Assembly: GCF_963921235.1 (NCBI RefSeq)
Contig: NC_086097.1
Location: 53,880,001-53,944,000 of the forward strand
Reading direction: 5' to 3'
Source of the DNA: Mobula hypostoma
Lineage: Eukaryota
Length of the DNA: 64,000 nucleotides
Shown: piece by piece, positions 38,325 through 51,389 of the stretch
Layout of the letters: the number at the start of each line of letters is the position of its first letter
How positions within the stretch are numbered: position 1 is the stretch's first letter
Notes under the pieces: generated by a model
The model's input: the letters and a program-made list of their open reading frames with translations, nothing else
Databases searched by the model: none
What the model was told of the DNA's origin: nothing
Position numbers and translations under genes: made by a program

Positions 38325-38890
38325 CTGGTGGTCAGCCATTTTAGTTCCTCTTCCCATTCCTACTGGCGTACTTTACTTCCAAGTTGATGCTGCACGGAGA
38401 ATGGAGCTAACACTTATATTCCACCTTGGTAGTCTCTGACCTAATGGCATGAACATCGAGTTCCTTAACCCGTAATAACTACTCCCCTCTGTTCCCTCTA
38501 TCCTGCTAGCCCCTATCATCCCATCATTTTGCCCTCTCTCCTCTTGATCTGTCTGTCAATCCACATCTTCCTCCTGCTGGTTCCCCTCCTCAGCTCCCCT
38601 TTATTCCATGGTTCATTGTCCTCTCCTCGTAGATGCCATTTGATATTTCCACATATACCTCTCAGCTTCCCACTTCATCTCATTCTCACCTACCTATTAC
38701 CGTGTCTCACATAAATCCACCTATTATACACCAGTTCCTACTCCACCCCATCCTCCCACCTTTGGGGAATAGCTATCTCCCTGCTTTTTATTCAGTCCTG
38801 ATGAAGGGTTCCAACCCAGACTATCAATTGTCTACTTCCCCTCATAGATGCTGCCTGGCCGATTGAGTTCCTCCAGCTCCTCTGTGTGAT
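38325..38890 (+). mobile_element. Old Penelope-like 3' fragment
   Basis: LIFHLGSL*PNGMNIEF at ~38413-38463; pyrimidine-rich UTR; decayed hammerhead motif at 38793-38830. Confidence 0.7.
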
Positions 38891-39452
38891 TTTCAGCAAA
38901 AGATCTCCAAAGTTATAGACCTAATCATCTTTGCTCAGAACGCAGGGAGTAGCGATAAATTCTGCTGATGCTGGAAATCCTTAGCAACACACACAAAATG
39001 CTGGAGGAACTCAGGAGGTCAGGCAGCATCTATAGAAATGAATAAACATTTGACGTATTGAGTCAAGATCCTTCTTAACTATTATATTTGCTGAACTTAT
39101 GCAAGGGTGAGTTAAACCAGGCACAAGGCTTTTAAATATCATTGTTTACAAAATGTTTTGTAAACCAGTGTTTCTCTTTGTCCTAATCTATTTCTTTCCA
39201 TGGTTTCATACTGGACATCTGTGCATACCTTCTGAAATTATCACTCTTGTTATTATTGGTAATTATTGTCATATGTATGTAAATACATTGAGAAGCTTTC
39301 GTTTGCACACCATCCAGATCATTCCATACATAAGTACATCAAGGCAGTAGAATGTAGAATATAGTTTGTTATGGTATACGACTGCTCCTGACGTGGCTTC
39401 CTCTACATCGGTGAGACACAATGTACATTAGGGGACCATTTCACTGATCACT

Positions 39453-39614
39453 TGTCAGGACACTGGAGCAGGGATCCAATCGCAGACCCAGTACTGCGTA
39501 CACAGTGATATTAGTTGAGTAACAAATCCCAAGGTGCAAACAAAGTCGGCGTTGAAGTTCAGGCAGAAATCAAAACATCCAGAGAAATCCAAAAACCAGA
39601 ATCTGGAAACAGGC

Positions 39615-39657
<43 letters not shown>

Positions 39658-39980
39658 TGCTGGAAAGGTGCAGGAAAACTCACTGGTACAATTTGGCAAC
39701 AAACAGTTGAAAACACAGGACTAAAATACACTGAGCAATAAACAGAGAGGCAGATGATAGGCGGAGCACAATGAAACAAAAGTGGAGGCAAAACAGGTAA
39801 TAATGAGAAACAGGTGAGAGGCAGAGTATTCAGTAATACAGGGGCCGGAGTAGAGCAGAAGCAGGGACAGGAGCACATGGGGCATGAAAACAAGCAAGAG
39901 CACATGGCAATACAAAACCACAGACCAATGGCCAGGGGGAAAACACACAAAAAAACAGAGTTCAACTGGACGTACTGACA
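39453..39980. mobile_element. Solo LTR (528 bp)
   Basis: Terminal inverted tgtcag...ctgaca; decayed 5-bp flanks tcact/gtact; host PLE sequence resumes after it. Confidence 0.75.
39616..39657. repeat. (CAGA)n microsatellite
   Basis: About 10 perfect units. Confidence 0.95.
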
Positions 39981-41739
39981 GTACTTAACTCCCATCTGCC
40001 ACAAAAGGAGTGATTGCCTGGTGGCCACCCATTTTAATTCTGCTTCTCATTCCCATTCCAACTCCAACATGTTAGTCCATGGCCTCCTTTACTGCCACGA
40101 TGAGAACACACTCAAGTTGAAGGAGAAACATCTCGTATTCCATCTGAGTAGAATCCAACCTGATGGCATTAAATGTTGATTTCTTTAATTAAGCATGTCA
40201 TGTGCTGCAGGAACTCAACAGCTCAAGCAGCATCTGCAGGAGGAAAGAATTTGTCAACATTCCATTCGGGTCAAAATCCTGCATCAGGGATGAGAGTGGA
40301 AAGATCAGATGACCAGCATTGAGAGGACAAGGGAGTGGCAAGAAAGAATTCCAAGGCAATTGGTGGACTGGCGAAGGGGGTAAGGTGACATGCAGGTAGG
40401 GGAGGTGAATGGGGATAAAGTTGTAAGACTGTTCCATTGTCCATCCACCGACTACACACACACAAGTTTGTTATCATTGACTTATTTGTCATGAAGTTTG
40501 TTGTTTTGCAGCAGAAGTATGGCACAGAGATATAAAAAAACCATAAATTATAAAATAACCAAATAGTGCAATAAAAAGGAATAGTGAGGTAGCATTCATG
40601 GACCTTTCAGAAATCTGTTGGCGGAGGGGAAGAAGCTATTCCTAAAACATTGAGTATGCGTCATCAAGCTTTTGACAAAAGTTCTGAAGTATCAAAGGAA
40701 CCCTCTGCCCATTTTCCAAGAAGCGACAACATAGGTTGTGCCAATGCTCCTCTGCCACTCCCATGATCTGACACCATCAAGTGTAACAACCTCTCCAAAG
40801 CAAACTACAGCTTGACCTCAGATTCTGAATGGCAGCTATCTGAGGCTCTATCAAATTCAGAAGAATTGGTAGGATAAAGTTCTATAGTAAGAAGCCACTT
40901 ACAGTGTCCGTGCATTTGGATTTGTACTTTACTGCTTTTGGGCAAGCAGCAGGGAGTGCTGAATGCAAGGTGTTTGGAGTGTAACATCAAAGAGGACAAA
41001 ATATCCGGTTTTGTAATGGTTAAGAGGACTGTTAGTGGTGTAATGGGGAGTAAGGAAGAAATGAACATGTGTTTGGAATAAGAATGGAAGGAGCATTTGT
41101 ATTGAAGAGTATTTGTGAAGGCCACGGTACAGAGGGAGTGTTTTGGGAGAAGATTACCATGTGTTGGACCCAGTTTGTTAAGCTGAGAATCTCTATATCA
41201 TCTCCTCAGATCAGATGTTCCTCAGTTTTATCAAATTGACCATTGACAGTAAAATAATCCCCCCATTTATCGTGACTTCATTCAACAGAATCTCCAAGAA
41301 TGCATTAGAGAATCTTTGAACTTATTTCATAATGACTTAAAGAAAGAGGAGCAAGAGTAAGCCAAGACTAAGCCATTCTTATGAATAAGCCATGGCAGAA
41401 GCTATTCTGCCCTCTGCCCTCTGCCGTGCCCTGAAATCAATGGCTGATCAGCTATATGCATCATTTCATTGTCAGAGCCACTTCTCTCCAAAGCCCTCAA
41501 TCCCCACATTTTCTAAAAAATTACCTTCTTCCTCTTTAAATACTTGCGATGTTATAGCTTCCATAACGTTCCAGTGGAGAGAATTCCAGAGGTTCATCAG
41601 CTTCTTGAGAAGTTCCAACGTATCTCAGGTTTAGATGACTGCCTCTGATCTTGTTCAAAACTAGTAAAAACAACTTGGCATCTATATTGTCAAGTCTCCT
41701 TAGAATCTTCCATGTTTCCAAAAGATCACCCTTCATTCT

Positions 41740-42856
41740 CACGCCCTCTTCTCATTGTTACCATCAGGAAGGAGGTACAGAAACCTGAAGGCACACACTC
41801 AATGATTAGGAATAGCTTCTACCCCTCTGCCATCTGATTTGTAAGTGGACATTAAAGCCATGAACACCACCCCACATTTTTTATTTTTTTCTGTTTTTGC
41901 ACTATTTTTAATTTAGTAGATAGATAGATGGATAGATAGATATACTTTATTAATCTCGAGGGAAATTTGGTTTCATTACAGCCACACCAACCAAGAATAG
42001 AGCGTAAATATAGCAATACAAAAAACCCCAGCAATCAAACCCAAAATGCAAACTATGCCAGATGGAAAATAAGTCCAGGACCAGTCTATTGGCCCAGGGT
42101 GTCCGACCCCCCACGGGAGGAGCTTCACGTTTGATGTCCACAGGCAGGAATGACCTCCCGTGCCGCCCAGTGTTGTATCACGGTGGAATGTGGCCGAAGT
42201 CCAACAGTAAAAAGTTCAATATCCAGTCTGCAAACACGTTCCTCGATCGTAATATACCCCGAACTGCACCATCCGTTGTTAGCCAGAACAGTAAGCACCC
42301 AACTCCTTTATGCTTACCGCTCTCACTGCACTTCCGGTCAGCCCGAACGGTATTACCCACCGAACTCCTCTTCTCCAAAAGTCTCTGTTGTCTCGACCCG
42401 GTCCTCTTTCCTCGGCTTTGTGATCCCCCTCTGTGTGTTTTCCTCCGGATTTCAGCAGGGGTGTCCACCGCTCTGTTCGCTAAGCTGGCCGGTCTTTGCT
42501 GGTCCGTGGAATATACAATGCGACCTTGTTTCTGTCCCGCGAGTCGGGATGTAACTATTTCCAGCGCTAAAGAAAACCCAAATAAAACTCTCTCTACCAG
42601 CATGTTAGAGAGGGTGCAGCTTCGACATGTTACCGTGAGAGAAAAAATACAAAAAAGTAACGTAAATTAAAAAGTAAGAAGAAGAAAGTAAGAATAGACC
42701 AGAACGGCTGTACCAGGCTGCATGCACGACTGGCGCATGCGCACTAATTATTCATATATACACTTACTGTAATTCATTTATTTATTTTTGTCTATGATTA
42801 ACAAATTAACAAATTTCACAACATATGCCTGTGATACTAAACCTGTTTCTGATTCT
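41740..42856 (+). mobile_element. Rex1/Babar 3' fragment, middle layer
   Basis: HALFSLLPSGRRYRNLKAHT at 41740; tail ends aaacctgtttctgattct; attct at both junctions. Confidence 0.75.
41917..42744 (-). mobile_element. Short internally deleted Rex1 derivative (5' end + APE piece + 3' end), inner layer
   Basis: N-terminal GRIVYST...RRKTHRG, APE piece VRADRK.../VLANNGWC...DIELFTVGLRP, C-terminal GRSFLPVDIK, (TATC)n tail; CpG-rich. Confidence 0.8.
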
Positions 42857-43604
42857 TCAAAACTCGAAAGAATATAGATCTAATTTATTTAGCCACTCCT
42901 CTTAGGACATCCTTCTCACCCTAGTCTGGTCTCTTTTGGACGATCTCCTTTTTAAAGTAAGAGAAACAAAACTGCACACAGGAATCCAAGTGTGTCCTCA
43001 CCAGGACCCTGTATAATTGTAACAATATTGCCCTATTCTAAACTCCAACCCTCCTGTGATAAAAACAAACAATATACCACTGCCTTCCTAAAAATGAGCT
43101 GCACCTGCATGCTAACCTTTTACTCTATGACTTGTTCACAAGACCACTTGGATCCCTCAGTCCATTAACGTTTACAGGTAGATGGTAGTCTGTCTTTAGA
43201 TTCACCTTAACAAATTGCACAATCTTACACTCCCACTCAGTAAACTCCTCATCAGGTTTTCACACACTCACTCAGCTTAGCTGTGTTGTTTTCCAGCTTG
43301 TAGTATTGAGAGAAGCCGACAGTCAAGTGAATGCAAAACCACTTTAAGAGCTGTGCTTTCAATAACTCAAACTCTGGAGTTTTTTCAAGATTCATCATCA
43401 AAGTGGGCAATCTGCCAATAAGCCCACCAATCAAACGTTAAACAAAGCTCCAGAATGAAATCATTTCAGGTCTAGATCATATGAAAATAGGTCTGTTTTA
43501 CCATCTGCTGAGGCTGCTTCAAGAAATCTGTTCCTATGCTTCATGGTTCTATGAAGTATAATGAGAGATATCTTGAATGGCCAGTGTAAGCCAATTTTAT
43601 AAAG

Positions 43605-44000
43605 GTTCAGAGGTTCATTGATTATTAAAGCATGTATCCATATACAACTCTGAGATCTGTCTTCTCCAGATAGCCAAAAAACAAAAAAGGAAGATGAAAG
43701 TCGTTCACAGAGAAACATCAAACCCCCCCTACACAAAAAAGAATGACATCCTAATCATCAACCCTCAAACACCCCCTCACCTGTACAAAACAGAACAAGA
43801 ACATTGACCCCACACGACAAAACAGAAAGAAATTGGGCAAAAAAACACAGAATATAAAAGCCTAAGGAAGCCCACAGTCCGTAGATGCAATAGTCCAATC
43901 CCATAATGCAGAACCACGGTAACATCTTCCTTCGCTGACAAAGAAAAACACACCACACGAGTGCAGAGGCCTACCCGCCTGCCGCAGTGAGCCACAGGTC
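43605..44000 (-). mobile_element. Non-coding repeat with Rex-like tail
   Basis: Tail similar to 6470-6497 plus 7360-7400. Confidence 0.5.
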
Positions 44001-44539
44001 TAATCTAAGTAATTAGAGGAGTTATTTCAGCATCTGTGGGCAGAAAAATATCAGATCTTTAATTAAGGCTGAAATTATCATGTATCTGTAAACAGGGAAT
44101 AGAGAAGAAACCAAAAAAGATTCCATAAGGGGTGATGATGCAAACAGTATAGATTTTATTTAGGTGGGGCAGGTAACAGGAAAAAGCAAATAACTGCAAT
44201 GGATTTAGGGTACATTAACTTTGGAAATACCTTAGGCAAGGCACCACACAGGAATTTATGGAATTAAGGAAATGCAATAAAATATATATTTTTAAAATAT
44301 TTTGAAAATAGAATAAAGTAAGACAGCTTCATACAGATCTTGGCTCATGAAAATCAATATTGTAGGTCTCAAGGATCGTTTAAAGATTGTTATTGTTACC
44401 AGCGAGGATATTCTTGGAACCACCTTGTCCCATCAGCTGCGCATTTGGTCATCACCTTTCAAGACCGCACATGGAAGGACTGCAAAAGTCCATAGGTTGT
44501 GAGTTAGCTCTGTTCATTGCGTAATTCCTAGCATGGAGT

Positions 44540-45907
44540 TAATTGTAAAAGATGAAATTACGACACATCTGGATAGCAGTAACAGGATCGGTCCGAGTCA
44601 GCATGGATTTACAAAGGGGAAATCGTGCTTGACTAATCTTCTGGAATTTTTTGAGGACGTAACTATGAAAATGGACGAGGGAGAGCCAGTGGATGTAGTG
44701 TACCTGGACTTTCAGAAAGCCTTTGATAAAGTCCCACATAGAAGATTAGTGGGCAAAATTAGGGCACATGGTATTGGGGGCAGAGTACTGACATGGATTG
44801 AAAATTGGCTGGCTGACAGAAAACAAAGAGTAGCGATTAACGGGTCCCTTTCGGAATGGCAGGCGGTGACCAGTGGGGTACCGCAGGGTTCAGTGCTGGA
44901 ACTGCAGCTGTTTACAATATATATTAATGATTTAGATGAGGGAATTAAAAGTAACATTAGCAAATTTGCCGATGACACAAAGCTGGGTGGCAGTGTGAAA
45001 TGTGAGGAGGATATTATGAGAATGCAGGGTGACTTGGACAGGCTGGGTGAGTGGGCAGATGCAGTTTAATGTGGATAAATGTGAGGTTATCCACTTTGGT
45101 GGTAAGAATGGGAGGGCAGATTATTATCTAAATGGAGTCAAGTTAGGAAAAGGGGAAGCACAGCGAGATCTAGGTGTTCTTGTGCATCAGTCACTGAAAG
45201 CAAGCATGCAAGTACAGCAGGCAGTGAAGAAAGCTAATGGCATGCTGGCCTTCATAACAAGGGGAATTGAGTATAAGAGCAAAGAGGTCCTTCTGCAGCT
45301 GTACAGGGCCCTGGTGAGACCACACCTGGAGTACTGTGTGCAGTTTTGGTCTCCAAATTTAAGGAAGGACATTCTTGCTATTGAGGGAGTGCAGCATAGG
45401 TTCACAAGGTTAATTCCCGGGATGGCGGGACTGTCATATGTTGAAAGATTGGAGCGACTGGGCTTGTATACTCTGGAATTTAGAAGGCTGAAAGGGGATC
45501 TTATTGAAACATATAAGATTATTAAGGGATTGGACACGCTGGAGGCAGGAAGCACGTTCCCGCTGATGGGTGAATCCAGAACCAGAGGCCACAGTTTAAG
45601 AGTAAGGGGTAGGCCATTTAGAACGGAGTTGAGGAAAAACTTTTTCACCCAGGGAGTGGTGGATATATGGAATGCTCTGCCCCAGAAGGCAGTGGAGGCC
45701 AAGTCTCTGGATGCTTTCAAGAAAGAGATGGATAGAGCTCTTAAAGATAGCAGAATCAAGGTTATGAGGATAAGGCAGGAACTGGATACTGATTGTGGAT
45801 GATCAGCCATGATCACAGTGAATGGTGGTGCTGGCTCGAAGGACCAAATGGCCTACTCCTGCACCTACTGTCTATCGTCTATTGTCTATTGTCTATTGTC
45901 TATTGTC
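44540..45907 (+). mobile_element. Young 5'-truncated CR1 LINE
   Basis: ORFs 44533-45069 (QHGF, DFQKAFDKVPH, GVPQGS, FADDTK) and 45029-45802, separated by one frameshift near 45060; (ctattgt)n tail. Confidence 0.95.
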
Positions 45908-46059
45908 ATGCCTGTAACCCAGTGTTGCAGCTTAGCTAAACTGGTACCTCACCTTTTTATGTATGGCTGTTTTATACTCCTTATTCAACCTGAGTTGGTC
46001 AGGTGGCATTATCATCATACTGAGGTGAGAAGTTACCACCTAAACAAGGATTTGAGGTG

Positions 46060-46850
46060 CAGGTTGTGATGAGATATATTTCTGCTGATGATGAAGGTCC
46101 CTAATGCTTCCAGGATGCCCTGTTTTGATCAACCTAACCTATTCTGAGCTGAGGACACAGGACACAATTACAGTACATAACGGAGGATATCCTTAGCATA
46201 AAAATGCGATCTTGTCATCACAATATCATTTCTGTCATTCTGACTGCCAAATAGTGAAAATGCTATAGAAGGATTGTTAAGGATGAAGCTAAGTAGGTTC
46301 ATCCATCATATTGGTTCACTCACTACCTGTATGGCATCTGTGTCCTTCAGAACTAGGCTAGCTCAGTCAATGGTTACTCCTGATAAGGGAGGTGAAAATC
46401 TCCCATTCAGAATACATTCTGTGTCGTTCATCCTTTCTGTGCTCCTTCCAAGTGTGTTTCACCACAGAGAAGCAGTGGTTCATCAGCTGATGAAGGACAA
46501 TAGGTGACAATCTGGAGGAGATTTCCTTGCCCACGTTGAGCCGATTCCATGAGACTTCATGGAAATTGGAATCAATGCTGAGAACTCTGAGGCCTGCTTG
46601 TTCCTGCATGTATCCTGCTGTGCCCTCAACTCTGGTGGTTCTGTCCTGCTAGGGGACAAAACATACTAAGAAACTGTGGTGGAACCCAGCACATAATTAT
46701 ACCCATAAAATCATGTCTTAAATATCAGACTGTTGATTGATGGTCTGTGGGACAGTTAACCAATTTAGATTCCAGTCCCAGATGTTAATGAGGAGGATTT
46801 TGCAAGGTCGACTGAGCTCGAAGAAGTTTGCTGTGTCTGGATTAAATAAG
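46060..46850 (-). mobile_element. Ancient CR1/L2-clade LINE endonuclease remnant
   Basis: Reverse complement gives decayed YVLS..QDRTTR and HEVSWNRLNVGKEI; family uncertain. Confidence 0.45.
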
Positions 46851-48424
46851 ACCAAAATTAAAGTACTGAATACAATTTCAGTTTCAAGAGATCAAGAGCA
46901 ATGTCCACATACATAGTGAAAATCAAAACAAACTGCAGATGTCAGAAATCTGAAACAGAAACCAAAACAGAAAATTCTGGAAAAAATTCAGTAAATCAGG
47001 CGGCTTCTGACAATATACCACAGGCTCAAAACAATAACTCTTTCTCTTTCCATAGATGCTGCCTGCCTTGCCATTTTCCTACAGCATCTTCTGTTTCTGT
47101 TTCACAATCATGATATTCCACAGGTTGGTGATTGTTGTTGTCAGATGATAATCAACTCATCCCCAGAATCTCCGATAAACCCTCCTTGGCCCATCTACCT
47201 TCAGCTACTTCATTAGTAACCTTCTGTTCAACATACTAAGATTGGAACTAAGATTCTACAACATGCAATAAGATTTCTTCTGAAGATACAAGCAGTAGTT
47301 AGCATTAACTAATAAATGAAAAAATTAATTTCCTTCAGAAAATATTGCTTTGATCTTGGGCTGTAATTTTGGCAAAATCATCAGTATTTACCATCAAAAC
47401 ACTTGAAAAAGACTTGACTATCTGGAGTTCTTGTGTGTACAGTTCCTGTCAGTGGTTCCCTGCTCCTTCACAGAATGTACTTTTTGCGGTCTTCTCCAGT
47501 GTTACCTTTAGATATCAATGATATAACCAGAACAAACAATATAGATTAATGTTCTTGTTGTAAAAATAAAGCCCTGGAAATGTTACAGTTCATTACTTAC
47601 CTGTCACTCTGGTCCTAAAAAGAACCAAGTTTTTATTTGCATAGAATGCAACTTCCTCAAAAATTCTATATATAATGGGTTTTCAACTTATTTTTATAAT
47701 TCAATATTTCAGATTCATCCTCTATTTTGTACACCTAATCCAATCATGACTTCATGTTCTGTAAAATGACTAAGTATCAGCTGAAAATAGTAATTCGATC
47801 TTCCAGGCTTGATGTCTTTTAGGTATTTTATTGTGATTGATTTTTCAACCTGCTTAATGACATCACTAAACACTTGAAATCTGACAGCAACCGATGGTGA
47901 ATCCCACATTATAGATCATTTCTGGGTAGTTCTTGGAATCTGCAGTAAATGGCAATTCTCTGTTGCTGACTGCATTATCCATGCCAAAATGTCAGGAGAT
48001 GATATGATCATAATTTGACATATAATGCATAATGAATACCCCAGAAATGGAAGGAATATTTAAGACATGGTTCCTATAGTTTTATACACCTGGAGGTTTT
48101 CTCTTGCATCTCATTTAATTATTGATATTAAATGGAGATTTATTGATCATCCAGAATCTCGTGCATCATTCATCTGTGGAGATGATGGGATGTGAGCCAG
48201 TTGGATTTTTCTCATCTTTTATTACTGTAACACTAAACTTCACTAAACATGATGCTGGAAACCAATGTTTACTTACACTGCCCACTTGCAGTTTGGAATG
48301 TGAAAGATCTCTTTAGAGCTTCTCCAAGGAGATAACATAAGGTCCTGGTATCTGCTTCTCCAATGCAAGAGACTTAAGAAAAGCCTCTTTTTGGTGGTGT
48401 AGCTGGTTGTCATGGTCCATGCAA

Positions 48425-48560
48425 GGCCCTGAATAAGGGTCTTGACCCAAAACCTCGACTGCTTGTTCATTTCCATAGATGCTGCCTGACCTGCTGAGTT
48501 CCTCCAGCATTTTGTGCGTGCTGCTTTGGATTTCGAGCATCTGCAGATTTTCTCGTGTTT
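48425..48560 (+). mobile_element. pLTR-only Penelope remnant
   Basis: Decayed hammerhead motif followed by atagatgctgcctgacctgctgagttcctccagcattttgtg and tail; no TSD seen. Confidence 0.75.
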
Positions 48561-51389
48561 ATAATAACTAACTATTGATGTTTTGTGTTTTCCAATGGAT
48601 CAGCAGAGTTTTCCGTATGATAATTAAAATCAGAAATGCTCAAAACATTCAGCAGATCAGGCAGCATTTGTGGACAGATTGGTTTCTCATCATTTTGATG
48701 GTGGTATTAGAATCATAACCTAAGAGTCTATTATCCCAATTTACATCGTTTACCAGAAGAATAAACCTCTGTTAAAGTAAATGAGGACTAATGTGCTGAA
48801 AAGCCAGTAGGCAGCTGCAAAAATCTTCAAAGCTTGTTATCAATAACACACCTTACATCACTACTTCATTAAAATTCTTCAACCCAATGTACATTTCAAG
48901 TGTGTTTGAATGTGCCTTTGCAAGAGTACTCTTAGCAGATACCATGTGAAACACGATCTTTCGAAGTACTTCACTGCGAGAAGGTTGCAACTGAGATTTC
49001 TCCAAGTCATTAGGGCTTTTAATTATATAAATATTTTCACAGTTTAAGAGGCCATGGTTTAAGTTTCATCTAAAACATGACCCTGGATTAGTCCGTCATA
49101 CAAACAAGTGGCCTTATAGACCTATCTGCAGACTTATTAGTAGGAGATACTTTGTAAAGAGTCTTTATTTGGACATCAGATCAAAGTGTAGTTCCCTGCA
49201 TTATGTCAATTATGTGGTAGTCAGAAGTGTAGAAGTAGATTGTGCCTTTCCCAGGCAGGTGTGTGAAAATAGATAGGTCTGATGTTTATGCTTAAAAGGA
49301 ATTCACTGGGGAATGTTGAATATTTCTCAGGAAGGTGAAGAGTCTTTTTGAGTGATGACAGGGTATTGAGAATTAATTATGACAGTTCCTTAATCACTTT
49401 TAGCATGAAATGTAAAATAAGTTCTCAGCTTGATTCCTTAGGTGGGAAGAAACAGGCCTATCACACATTGTGATATTACACTAAAAATTGTGTTGCCTAC
49501 TACCCCCATTTCTATCCAAATACTTTCAGATATGCTTTGATGGTTTGGATTCCCAGGGGAGAAGAAAGAATGATGAATAGAGAGTGAGGTCACGTTGCCC
49601 TGTAAGATGTGACCCTACTCCTACATATCTGTACATCATGTCAATCATACGTGTCGGACACTCAATGAAGATCACAGCCATAAATCACCTGTCCACACAG
49701 CTGCGGCACTGACTGTGGAAGGAGTGGCCACATTCAGCATTTATAGCACAGGCTTATCTCGAGCAACCAGAGGAGATCTGTGCAGTATCATTCAGGGGCC
49801 ATCTGTGTTTGTACTGAGCAAATCATTGAGAGCCTATTTTTAGGAGAATCTGGGATCATTTCAGCCAGTGATTAGATTGAAATAACGCTGTGTTTTTTTT
49901 TCTTACAGTGTGGCTATATCCCACAAAACAAAATTTGCAATAGAGAGCATCAACAGATTATTGCAAGCTGCAATGTTAATCAATTCAGTTTTCTTAGCAG
50001 AAAATATATCATGAGTGATTCAAACAAATAATTCTTTCACTGTATATCAATCCAGATTGTGTTTGACCACATCAAATTCATCAACCTACTTCCAACTCCT
50101 CAGATCTTCAAGGAACCTGGTCATGCTTTTCAATTACGAAGTATACTCTTTGCTGCCATTAATAATAATTCTGTAAGGAATCCAAGCAGCACCAGGCACA
50201 AGAGTGGCTGTTGTGGGAACCACTCAGCTATTCTCATTGTCTGAGCAGTAGGCTCTCTGCAATATCTTTAAGTACCTTCCTAATTTGCAACTTGCTATAC
50301 CCACCACACCTTTGCACGGATACAGATGTTCCTGTGCAAATAATCCTATGCTAGCAGAAAGCCATGCAGTACAGCACAGTCAAGATTAACTTTTAAAGAG
50401 CTCCAGCTAAAAAGTGCCAGCAACCAAATATCTGGTTGTTCTCTTTGAACTTCTTGAGTTCTCCTTCAATGCTTCAAAAGAAAAGGACAGATGCAATCTT
50501 GTGTGCAACTAATGCAATAATTATGTGTATGTACAGCAAGATATAGTCCTCTGTATCTTGCTTCCTTTGGGTGTCTTCAAAACTTGTGGTATTTCTCCTG
50601 TATTCATTGGGAGGGTTTGACGTTGGATATTGGCTGTTATCATGAGAGGTGGGAAGTCCATCCCTGTCAGTCACTCTATATCCACTACTCAGCAGAGGGC
50701 CAATTGCTCCAACAGTAACCATGAGACTATAAGAAGCATGAAGAAATTGCAATCTACATTCTGTGCAGCAAAAGCATAAAGCCATTAAGTTCCATGTAGA
50801 GGCCACGTGTTGCATTGAAGACTCACTACAAATGCCAGAAATAGCTGTACACAAATTATTAGTGTTACTAGACCATGTCCATGGCATCACAGAGGGGGGA
50901 ATGATGATGGTAGAGGAAGTGCCTGCAAGATAGGGCTGGCCCTAAGCAAGTAAATCCAGGTTGTAGCTGAGAACCACATGAGGATAAGAATCAAAAGAAA
51001 TAGTGGCTGCTCTATTAAGACTAAGCTGAGGACAATGGATGGAGATAGCTGGAGCTGGATATCAGCCACATTGACTAGAGGAAGAAAGTTAGGAAATGGA
51101 GTTTGTTGTGGCGAATTAGCCCTGTGGGTTGTGAAGCAATGGAGTGGCTAAGGAAGGTGACAGGATCACTGTGTGATGAGATTACAAGGACTTGAAAGGT
51201 AATCGCAGGATCTACCTTCCAGGATATCCAATCCTCCACTATGATGTGAATGCCCAGTTGTCCTGGGAGTAACAAACAATGATATCACTTGGGAAAGCTT
51301 AGTCTAGGTTCTCCTTCAATGCTCCAAAAGAAAAGGACTGATGTAAACCTGTACACAGCTGATGCAAAAAGTATATTTTGTGCATTATG

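Larger units (their letters stand above)
39368..40190 (+). mobile_element. Penelope GIY-YIG fragment interrupted by a solo LTR
   Basis: FLYIGETQCTLGDHFTDH before the LTR; VATHFNS...LKEKHLVFHLSRIQPDGI after it. Confidence 0.8.
41340..43260 (-). mobile_element. Old CR1 3' fragment, outermost host of a triple nest
   Basis: RMKGDLLETWKIL (41536-41742); resumes at 42857 with LYRVLVRTHL-like sequence. Confidence 0.7.

Noticed and set aside
42062..42670. 202-aa plus-strand ORF
   Set aside because: Antisense shadow of the GC-rich Rex1 derivative
45187..45816. 209-aa minus-strand ORF
   Set aside because: Antisense frame of CR1 ORF2
49909..50030. Strong acceptor-like ttttttttcttacag
   Set aside because: All frames stop within about 40 codons, no good donor and no recognisable protein
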